Below, piece by piece: positions 12,601-24,600 of a stretch of 64,000 nt of DNA. The notes beneath the pieces were generated by a model. The model was not told the DNA's origin, searched no databases, and saw only the letters and a program-made list of their open reading frames with translations. The stretch is from contig OZ210885.1 of the NCBI GenBank assembly GCA_964658305.1, positions 13,640,001-13,704,000 on the forward strand. The letters run 5' to 3'. This DNA is from Leptogorgia sarmentosa. Its lineage: Eukaryota. Made by a program: the position numbers and the translations under genes. Position 1 is the stretch's first letter. Each line of letters starts with the position of its first letter.

Positions 12601-15600
12601 ACAGTGTACGTACTGTTCCGTACTGTTACACTCTGGTTTTGAGTAATTGCGAGTTCTTAAGATATTTCATTAGACTTTTCCGCAGCTTTACAGTACATAA
12701 TATGGATATAGGTAGAAATAGCAAGTATCAATTTAGGTACTCTAATCTTTCCTCGCGAAAAAACGTTTTAGACTTTTCAGAAGTTAAACTTCGTTTTAAC
12801 ACTTACAATATCATAGATTTAAGAAATGACTGCAACAAACTTTTAGGACTTTGTGGCCCAAATTAAACGTTGATCACGATTGCGTATTTCCTGTGTATTT
12901 TTAATAAACGAGAAGGAAGTTTGTTTTGTATAAACATCCAATTAAACACGTATTGGGAAATTAACTATTCGATCAGCTTCAAGAAAGACTACCATATTTC
13001 CTCGATTTAGCCCTTTGGGGGATATTTATGTTTTCCTGCTTTTAGGTGGGCGCTTGACTGAAGAGGAGACTAAGTAGCCGTATGTTAGCCCTATTTGGTA
13101 CCGTAAATATACTCATTCACACAACACATCCAGAATATCAATTAACTCCATTACGCATTAATATTTAAAAATAAACAACGAAAATTTTATTTCATAAATG
13201 TTTTACTTGATTCTCAGCCGAATTGAACCAAAATGTAAATCCCTTCCTTGTGTAATGGCAAACAATTGTGCAAGATGTTCGCTATTTCTCAAGTTATCGT
13301 GTTCACAGACCAACACACCCACACGCCCACACACCCACACACACACGCACACACACACACACAAAGCAAGATGATTACATAACCTCCTCGTGGAGGGAGG
13401 TAATGAGCTTTAACATATACAAAACTAACTAGAAGAATGAATTCATTCGTGATCATGACTGTTGTACGTGCGAGACGATTCGCCATATTTTGAGCATTTC
13501 AAGTTTATCCTGACACATTGGAATTTCTTTTTTGCGTAAATTTCTCTTAAATATCCTAACGGTACCAACAAAATCAACTTTCTGTATAATTATGGACTAC
13601 TACAGAATCCATTGCCTGGACTGGCAGAAGCATATATGAAAATCTCTCCTGACAACGATCGAGTTATTGAATATATTTAGGATATCATGTACTTTGCTTT
13701 CCCTTGTTTTTTTGTGCCAGTTCGACTAAAGGGCGAAGTTTCTCGTTTAGATTCAGGAAAAAACAATCCAATGCTTGTGTCTGGTTCAAAGGATGGGACA
13801 ATAAAAATCTGGGATTTAAAAACGTATCAGGAAATTCGTACCCTTGACGTTCTTCAATCTGATGTTACCAGTATTGCTGTGAGCGATGATAAAAAGTATA
13901 TTATCTCTGGAGACGCTGAAGGAAGTGTTAGGTTGTGGTGTTTCCACACTGGAAAGTCCCTTTCCTGTTATGAAGGTCATACCAGTATCATCAGGTGAGT
14001 TCACTCCAGGAACTATTTAATTTACCGCTATTTTCTCGAAAGCATCGTTATATGGCAAGGCAACAACGAAGACCCAATATATAACATTAAGCTTAAGACG
14101 CTCCATATTCCGTCTTATCCATTGTATACATTTAATACAATATTTCCCAGTCAGACTAAAACGTACTGATTCTTGAAATCGGTTTTTGATTACTTGAAAA
14201 GATAGCGAACATGAACTCCATGAAATTAATTTTCAGTCATATAAGAATTTCTATTTATTACACCATTTTATAAAATAGCCTTTTAAAAACACGGGCGTTG
14301 ATTGGTCGAGAGCTCAAAAAAAACGTGTTTCTATAACACTATACAAACACGAGGATTTTCACGCGGGTTGCGTGGATTGCGCGGGAAATTAAAAAACAAA
14401 ATGAATCTTTGAATGAATGCAATTAAAATCAATAAATTTATCTTTTTTATTGTTTTTAAAAGGCTATTTAATAAAGGAAATAGAAAACATTTTTTCCGTG
14501 TTCCTATAAGTTATAGAAACACTTGTGTAAGTTTGGGAGAAACTCGAAATTGTGTGGAAACACTCGCACTTCGTGCTCGTGTTCCCACGGAATTTCTCGT
14601 TTCTCCCAAACTTCCACGCCTGTTTCTATAACTCTATAGAAACACGGAAGATGTTTTCTATTTCTTAAATACTAATTGGCTCCCGGTTATAGTCGTGCTA
14701 CATACTTTAAGCTTATTTGCAATGGACGACTTGCGCTTTCGAAAGATTTTAATGAGGGATAAACGAAGGACATTTTGTGACGTTATCAAAATTAGAAAAA
14801 CAAAATGTTTGGTTGTGAAATGTTGGATAATACAAGGCCCATCGAAAGGAATTCACGCTTGGGCGCCTGAAAATGCATATGGTATTATAGTGATTACGCT
14901 CTAGGCGGGTTTGGGGAGAGACCTATTAAATCTTGTTGAAGTCTAGATTCCTTCATATATTTCATTTTCTAAAAAGATCGTTACCAGAATTCTGGCAAGT
15001 TATCGGAGGGAGTGGGAGGGTGTGCAGTAGCCTGCCTGGCCCACTCGTCCGCTTCCTGGGTGTTGAATGCGGAAAGTGCTGAATACGGAAAATATAGCCA
15101 TGCGAAGTTGCAGATTGGTATCCATTTGTATCACGCGCGCTGAAAATTATAATTAAATTAGCTACTATATAAAATTCACGCAAATACAAAAAGTATACAG
15201 ATTTGTCAATTTTAAAGGACTGTATTTTCCGTACTTTGCAACCTTTTGCGATTGAATTTTGCAGTATTACTAAATTCGTGAAAGATTTTGTTCATCTTGC
15301 TCGGACTAAAATTTAGTCCGAAGCGTATGACATCCAAAGCAACATAATTTTACCTGTTGTATAGATCTATCATTACTCTATCTTGTATTGTTGCACGCTT
15401 TCGTTGATTATCTACAGTACTGAACTCCACAATATGTATATAGGGCTCCCATTGATAACAGCAATTTTTATTACTGACGGGACTACCCTGTGTAAATAGA
15501 GGTTTTTCTATCTATCTATCTTCTTAATGAAAGAAAGATTTTTGCAAAAAATAAAGAAAGACTTCTTAAAGAGAGATTTTTGCAAGAAATAAAGTGCCCA

Positions 15601-18600
15601 TAGATGTAGTTTTTATTATTTGCACTAAAATTTGATGAATACGACATATTTCCCTGATCATGTATGAATAAATTATACAGCATATTTTGATAACATTGGT
15701 TTCTTAAAGAATCAATAGTCTGACAGAGATCGTCTTTGCCATTTTTCGGTAGAAAAAAATTATTATTAGAAATAAACAATCAGCTTTTAATATTTCAGTG
15801 GTGTTGCAATAATTCCCAATGCGAAGAAGGCATTGACAGCGTCATGGGATAGAAGTATCAGGGTTTGGAACCTGGGAACTGCTGCGTACATGGAACAAAA
15901 CAGTTTCTCTGATCATTCAGATGACGTCACAGATATTACAATCGCTCGTGATGAGTCTAGATGTGTTTCGGCATCTGAAGATGGTACTTTCAATGTTTGG
16001 AATCTTCACACACAGTGCTTTTCTGTCACAGGTATAGTTCAAATTGTCTATTTGGGCCAGCTTTCTTATAAATAGGTTGCGGACGATCTCGTTTTCATTT
16101 CATTTCACTAAATTCATTTTCATTTTACTAAATTCATATGAACCGAATCTCAACCTTGTTAATTTCTGTGCTTCAAGTACTGCACAATATGTTCAAAAAC
16201 TACTATTTTTACGTAATAGAACAAATTTACCTGGAAATTAAAATCTTGTAGATACTCATGTGTAATAAGCAAATCGGAATAGTTAATGAGAAACGTTCTT
16301 ATTACGCTCTGCACTGATATGAAGACAGAAAACCGGTGGTTAAGTACAGTTGAATGGATAGCAGGCTTTCGTAGATTAATTAGGCCTACGTTAATTGCCT
16401 TTTGATTTGTATGCCTAAGATAATTCCATGTAAAGAAAAGAATTACTTTGCCATTCTTATAACCAATCGTAATTACAAAATTTCAACTAGTTTCATGTAG
16501 TAAGATATCTTATATTTTGATGTTTCGCTCGTGTTGTGTTTGTCATTGTCGTCTGTGTGTATCAAATATTCCGTATCTCTACACTCTTCCTTGTATTCAT
16601 ATAATAAACAAATTACTTCATGCGCAGTTGGCTCATTTGTCCAAATTTTATTATTTGCGAATCGTACACATCTCAATTTGCATCATTGACGAAAGGGAAA
16701 TGTTTTATGAGATTTGGGGACTCTCTAAGGCGGAAAGAGAATACATAGAGATTGGCTACTTCACGGTTGGCGAGTGCATACAGTTTTTATTTACCAATTG
16801 TGATGGATCGCTAAATACGATCTTAGCTTATACGATCGTGAGCTTAGCGATCACAACGAGTAAACAATAACGGTACAAACGAGCAACTGTGAAGTTATTT
16901 GTTTATTACAGGGGTATAAAGAAGAGTGTAGAGATACGGAATATTTGAAACTGACAGACAACAATGACAAACACAACCCAAGCAAAATATCAAATATAAA
17001 ATTTCTCACCAAAGAAAATTTCTCTAATTTTTTGCCTTGAACGGTGGATAGATGCACACTCATTTCTCTTCTGGTTTGAAATATGTCCATACGAAGTCTT
17101 GGAATGGATTTAATGTGAAGTTACAGGGTTCCATATAAAGCGTGTCACGGTTGTTGTGCAGTTTCAGTGTGCGTTTCTAGTCCATTCTTTTGATAGTTTA
17201 TGGTCAAGTCCACTAGAATAAGGTTCAATATGCGACCACACTCCTAAATTCCGAAGTTTTCAGCGAACAATAAATAAGTGTAAATTTGCACAATTTTGGT
17301 GTGTCTAAATTGGGTGAGAGGGCGCGAATATTCCTATATCGTGTTTTGCATTGATTTATTTCTTTGGAAATCCCTCCTATTATCGGTAATAAATACAAAC
17401 CAGATTTTTTAATGAAATTTATATATATATTTAAAATATTGACAAATGGTCCAGCATGTGGGAACAATATTATATATTACATTACAATATATATTTGCAT
17501 CTTAACTTTCACAATCCGCTAAATCGTATCGCATTCTAATGAACTCTCTCACAATTCCACCAGTTTTTGCACTATAAACATCTAAAGGGTGATAGTCTAG
17601 TAGTTCATCGTAATTTATTGCTACAAAGTTATTTATCAATGCAACCTCATATGAATGGAGGTGCTTGCGATAGCTCAATGTGTGCACTTTTTTACATGTA
17701 CAAGTGAAAAATACATCTCCATTTGTGATGATGAAAATATCTTCTATGATAAAAAAATGGCAATATCGAATGCTGGTAGACAACTGCTGTGTAGGTTCCG
17801 GATATAATAAGTTCTACTTACTACCTAAACGTTAGAAAACATGTATATCGTTCAGTTGGTGAGTAGAACTTTTGCTGCTTGTTAAAGTATCAAGCTATAT
17901 TAGATACAGTATTTAATCCACTACTCAAGAGTTTTCTTTTCATTGTATATAAATCCTTAAATTGCAAAGATTTTTACATTAATTTCATTGTTGTCAATTT
18001 CTTGGACGCTGATTGGCTAAAAAGATTCAACAACTGTGCAAATTAAACATTAATTTGCACAGTGTGCAAATTAAACTTAATTGCACGGTTTCGAGCCCGC
18101 GATACATTATAAAAACAAATAAATAAACGCTTAAGTCAACGCTAAAATTCTTGTTTTTTTTACTTTTATTGTCAACTTTGCACAAAAAAGGTTAGTGGAC
18201 GTGTACTACAATGATATTAATACGAAATTACACTTGTTCTCGAAGTATTAATGAAAACTTGCACTTGTGTTTGGCGAAATACCGCTGGTGCTTCACACTC
18301 GCGGTATTTCGCCAAACACGCGTGCAATTTTTCATTAATACTTCTCGAACCGTGTAATTTCCTATACTAATTTTAATAACGCGTCCAACATGATCATGCA
18401 CAACCTATTTGTGACTGTTACAGAAAATATCCTTTTAATGTTTGCTTCAATTTCTGAATTGATTATTTTTCCTTCCTGATTAATAGGTGACCTTGAATGT
18501 GCAAAACATGTTGCAGTCTCTGCTGATGATCGCTATGTCGTGTCGCTGTCAAAGGATTATAACTCAACGAAGTCCTCGATAAAGGTGTAGTACACAAGGC

Positions 18601-21600
18601 TACTAGTCATACTGTGCATATAGAAATACATAACAATAGAAACGTCCAAACACAAGAATTTTTTTGAATTATATATGTGATGCAAATGCGGCCAAGTTGT
18701 TACTGTGGGTTTAAAAATGATTTATTAAGCTTTCGTCGTTCAACGACCTCTTCAGAATAAAATATACATATCTACCCACGCTATTTATGTACAACATACT
18801 GATTTAAAATAATAAATGAGATGAGAACAATGGATAAAAATGATTTCACCTATGTGGATAAAACTAGTAGAGTCTATTCTTATAAGGAGGTTAATATGTA
18901 AAAAATATTAAAAACATACATACAATACACAGATATAGATTAAAATATATATTAAAACATCAGGTCTGCGAGTTCGGAACTCTCTTCTCGTGAGTTGAGT
19001 TCAGGTCTTTCTTTTCTAATGAAGTAAGCCTCCTTAAGTCTTAAAAGTACCGTACTACTGTAGTGGCTAATATAGAAACCTTAATATCTTTTGTTTCTTG
19101 GTGGGGATGTTCAGTTAGATGTCGGAAGACGGAAGAATCTGTCTTTTCCATATGTTCTTTAATTCTGTCGAGTAGTTTCCTAATGGTACAGCCGATGTAT
19201 GTTTTATGACAGAGGTTACACGTAATGCGGTAAACAACTCCACGTGAACTGCACATGTTACTATTAGTAATAGGACAGCCGTCTCTGTTACATTTCTCGC
19301 GTTTTCGTCGTGGGGCGAGTACTTGTCGCAACGAGGTGGATTTATATACAATGCGAATTGGGATTTCTTCCTGCTTAAAGAGCCTTCTAATTTTGTGGTC
19401 AATTGCATCAGTTATATATGGGATACGAAAGTATAGCCAGTTAGGAACGGTGCTGGTTTCGCCGGTGTATATAGTGTGTATCTAGTGGTGTTCTTTATTT
19501 TCGTTTGTTCGATAGTTGTATGAGGGTATTTATTGGTACGCAACACCTTTTATCCACATAGGTGATAGATATGTATATTTTATTCTGAAGAGGTCGTTGA
19601 ACGACGAAAGCTTAATAAATCATTTTTAAACCCACAGTAACAACTTGGCCGCATTCGCATCACATATATATTACCACTAATATGTTACTGAAGGATACCT
19701 TTTGTCGATTTTTTGAATTGTTTGTTCCACTTTTCGACTCGGCGTATTCATTATTAGGAATCTATACAATTTTTACAAAACATGGGCAGCGTGCAGGTGT
19801 CAGTATATTTAATACGCAGACTTCGGTTGACTGGCATCAACTATAAGTGTATAACTTTGATTTTCTGATGTTATATCAGATGTGTTCTTAAAATGAAAGA
19901 AGGTTTGTATCAGACCCAAGATAATCGAAAGCATGGACTGGAACTGGCTTAAACTGCACGACATCCGCGTTTTGCGCTTTGTTTTGCAACCTATAACTTC
20001 ACATTTAATCCATTCCAGGACTTCGAACTGACATATTTTAAACCCGAACCGAACGAAATATACATTTACATATGATATATAATAAGAAAAGATAACAAAT
20101 GACCGTTTGAAGTAGGTTATATTTTAATATTAAAAATAGTCCAGTAAAATGGTATATCAGTATATGGATACGAGCATTGAGGCATTGCCTTTCAATTTCA
20201 TAAACAGCTTTAAATTTCGACAGACGACAGATTCAGTAAGTTCCTGATTTACCATGTGTTATGGAATGGATTCTCATGCATGATTTAAGACAAACTATAC
20301 ATCAACTTCATTCAGTGTCGTAACGCAGCCTCTGGGGGCCCTCCGACAGTAGACCACTTTGGGGGCCCCTTTGCTCCACTAATTAATAGGCTGAATTTAA
20401 CACTTATGTCTACACAACGGCAAACCTCACTTTGTTACAGAATAGACTCGAACCCGAATTTGAATTTAATGAATTTCGCTTCTCTCTTCCAAAGAATAGG
20501 TAAAGGATACACCATAAGTCCCAATTAATAGGCAACTCCACCCGCACCTGCCTGTCTGCCTGTTTTTCGTATTTGAATTCTCCAGAAATGTGCTATCAAT
20601 TTTTATATTCATTTTGTCAGGGGGCCCTAAAGTTCGGGGGGGCCCTGTCACTGGACACCCTGACACCCCTCCGTTACGCCACTGACTTCATTCAGACCTA
20701 TATGATGACGGTTTCAGGTCAACGTACACATAACCCATGATAGATAATAATTGAAGTATGAATATGTGACCAGTGTAGGTAGCAGATGGCAACATCAACA
20801 ACAAATAAAGGTCTACTCAATACCTATAAAGGATACAAACGGTTTGACGTATCCAGCAAAAGGCCCTCGTTGCGAATTAGTGTAACACAATATTCGATCC
20901 CAGCGAAGGGCCTTTGCTCGAAACGTAAAATCTGTTTAAATTATTTAGTTAGTGAGTAAACTCTGCTTCCTGTTAATAAAGCCACTACCAACACAACTGA
21001 GTACTATAAATACAACTTTTATTTGTATTGTAGTTAGAGAATCTGGAACCAGATTAACCCGATCCTAAAATCCCCACCAAATTTGTCATCTTTTCCCGGA
21101 AAAATACTTACTACCTATTTTGTCTTGTCGGAAAACCCAGCAACAACTTACTGAATGCAGGAGTTCTGTCATGTACGAGTTTATCTATTCGTGATGCGAC
21201 ACAAGATATATATTGTTCAAGATCGGTATCTATAGTTACGTATAATTGACATTTGATATAGTCCAATTAATATGACCCTCGAGATAATCCTCTATATAAT
21301 CGATGACTAGATGGGGCAAGAATCGTGGAAAAATTCACTGTGGGCAACGCATGTGTAAATAGTAATACCTGTCAACTGGTGAAAGAAATCAAATTTCAAC
21401 TCCCCCCGCTCGTGTAATGCATGGAGGAGATCTCATGCAGTCACAATTTATAACGTTCCTGTAACGGGATGGTTGTTCACATGTAAGATTGCGCTATCCA
21501 CTGAATAACTGCATTAATGAACACACCAATTCACGAGGAAGGACGTTTCATCGAAACGTTTAATCGGTTTCGTTTAGGTATGGTGAGCAAGACTGTTGCT

Positions 21601-24600
21601 CTTTGTTGAATTTCCTAAAACAACGCGTTAAAACACTAAGGCGAATAAAACTTAAATATTTTGACGTTGAACATACTTTTTATCAATTGCCTGCTCCGTA
21701 TATGCGATTTTATAGCTTTCCGAGCATTTTATCAACGGTTGAAACTTCAAATATTTGCTAACAAGTAAATGACCCTTTCACAATTTTCCACAATTTGCAT
21801 GGCTGTTTCATTATTCGTTTAACGAAAAATTCAATAGACTCCTGAACTCAAGCAAACCAGTCAAACTTTCTGCAGTAGCTTTATTCACGCGGTTGTATAC
21901 TTATCATTTATAGACCCGGAGCGAGGGGGATGCGAAATATTACGCCGAATCCCCCGAGCGGAGGGTCTATAAATGATATATTATACCGAACAAAACATTT
22001 TTGCATCATTGTTTTCAAGAAGTCTATTTATTTCTTCGTCCGATTCTTGCTCGCCCGCCATTTTGCATAGCTAATTAGCTATGCTAAGCGAGTCGCGTGA
22101 GCGTGGGATACTATAATATCCCACAGTGGATCTGCCGTGGGATATTATAGTATCCCACGCTGGATTGCGAAATCATAAATTTTAGTGAAATACCGTAAAA
22201 AATCACACTATCACGTGGTACAAATGTTGTTTTTTCATTGGACAATTTAAATTTGAGGTATAATATATGCAGTTAAACTGTTAAATGCATACATAAAATA
22301 TGAAGAATTGAACAAAGTCATTGGCTAGTTGGTTAGAAAAGGATTAGGTAAAATTTCACACAATTTCTGTTTCACATTGCGGTAAAGCAATTTTTTAGCA
22401 CTCGTTTAGGAATATATTCAGAGCAACTAATTTAATCTAATAGTTGAATTTGCTTAGTTCAGGACCACAACTTACTAAACTTACTGAACTCGTTTCAAAT
22501 TTGGTTATCTCCTTCGCGCAAGGAGGGACTGGGTGCAAGACGATCTCCTTTTCAATTTAGTGAATTTACCATAAACTCGCTCCATTGCTATTCGAGTTAT
22601 GCGTTGAAACAAGACAACTTTTAAAATAAAGGGTGTAAAATATCTCAATATCGCGTCCATCTTGGTGTGACCTCATTAGTTATTCACGACAAATTTAAAA
22701 GGAAAAAGACGCCATTTTTGGAGGAAATTTATTCAGACCAATATGGCCGCCATTGCATCGCTACGAGCCGCTAAATGCAGTACTGCTCCGGCCTCCGCCA
22801 TCTTGTTCAAGAGACTGGGTACTAGTGCGCCCGCGTCTTGGCCGCTGTGCGTCTACACGCTCTGGTTTATTTATGCATTACAGACGCTTTGTCCAGTCAT
22901 ATTATAGCTCAGTGTACGTATAATTTGGAAACTAAGTTGTAAAAACTAATCTGAAACGTATCAACTAGCTTTTTACGCCCTATCTACTCATCTTTAAAAA
23001 CTAACTTCCAGTAATCGCTTTGATCAGCACGCATAATATAAATAACGAAACCTACTCTACTTGTTAGCTATTATATTCGCAATTAGTTTAAATATAAATC
23101 ATTATAGTCACAAGTTTTAAGCTTCATACAGAATATTAATTTTTCCTTTTATTTTTTAAGGTGTGGAATTTGTCTGATGGCAGTGTGATCAGTGAAATTG
23201 ATAGCGATGGCACACCTGAGATTGTTCGCTTTAATTCTGATACGTTGCAAGTTATAATTGGATGCGAAGATAACCATGTGTTCATTTGGGACTGGCAAAA
23301 GCCTGAGGCGGCTTTGAAAGAAGTCATTTTACCCACGTCCTATACAGTGGAAATAGCATGCGATCGCAACATGATTTATACATGCAACCTGGATATGCAT
23401 ATTTGTGAAATCAATCTCGACTCACTACAAGTATCGACTGTACGTCAGCGGCCGAGTGTCCCACTTGTAATATCACCCGACGGCAAAGATCTTTTGTTTG
23501 GCTCGCTTCAGAATAATGTGTTTCTCCACCGGAAAATATCAACTTGGAGTTCGATCGACCATAATGCAGGTGGGTAAATCAAGGACTATTTCAAAATTCT
23601 AAATAATTTTAAGTCTTTGATGCGACTACAGGATTTTTTACTATATTCATACACACATGCAATAATTTATATGTGTGAAATATCCGTTTTAAAGGAGAAT
23701 ATATTTTTCCCGAAAAACCAATGCATTCACTGGCGAATGAGTCAAATATTGAATTCGATTTACGTGTTAGCTCTGAAATTGTCTTGCAATGACTAGCTTT
23801 ACAGGCAATTTTCTGTTCCGATTATGTGTCAAAATCAGTATAACTGCAATGATTGGGAACAATTAAAACATATTATGGCCATTCAAATTAAAGTTCGTCC
23901 AATGTACGTACTATTTATCAGGTGAAAGTGATTGAATTTCGGGCGGGCAAAACGACTGTAATGGAAAACGGCCTTTATTCCAGTATAGTAGTCTTTTATT
24001 CACAACAGTGAATGACTTACTTTTGCGTTTTCGATATCAGCGATGCATTTTCCTACCTGGATTTGAATAAAATTTCTATTGCTGCAACTGTAAAGATTAC
24101 TTGTCGCCTGAAGGATAATTTTTCGATGATTGGCAGGCTACACCGCTGAAGCGTCGCATACATGAATACTTCAAAAAAATTTTACTTCCTTCATGCAGGT
24201 CACCCTGATGACTCGATAGTTACAGCAATTGACATCACATCAAATGGGAAATTTGCTCTGTCTGGAAGCAGTTCGGGAACATTGTCGCTGGTCCACATAG
24301 AGTGTTCTAAAATACTTCAATTCGCAAAGACCGAATCTGGAGTCGCCATACGTTTTGTCTGCTTATTAAGTGATGATGTCCTTTTCGTTTTTGTTGACGA
24401 GGTAAACAGAATCGAACTTAGAACTTTTAATGATATCGAGGCCAGCGTGAAATTGGGTCAACCAGACGTTAAAGTCACTTGCATTACTGCTCTTGGTTCA
24501 AACTATGCATTGCTTGGTTGTGATGACGGAGAACTGTTATGGTTCCATCTTAGCAATAACTCGCAGTTGAAGTTCCCAGCACACGAGGATGCCATATCTC

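Larger units (their letters stand above)
18671..19708 (-). mobile_element. 5'-truncated Penelope-like retroelement (GIY-YIG endonuclease end) with inverted pseudo-LTR
   Basis: ORF 19041-19331 reads GVVYRITCNLCHKTYIGCTIRKLLDRIKEH and continues after a frameshift as LRLKEAYFIRKERPELN; about 100-bp inverted repeat 18671-18775 vs 19565-19670; candidate TSD TTTTTTGAATT at 18660-18670 and 19709-19719. Confidence 0.88.
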
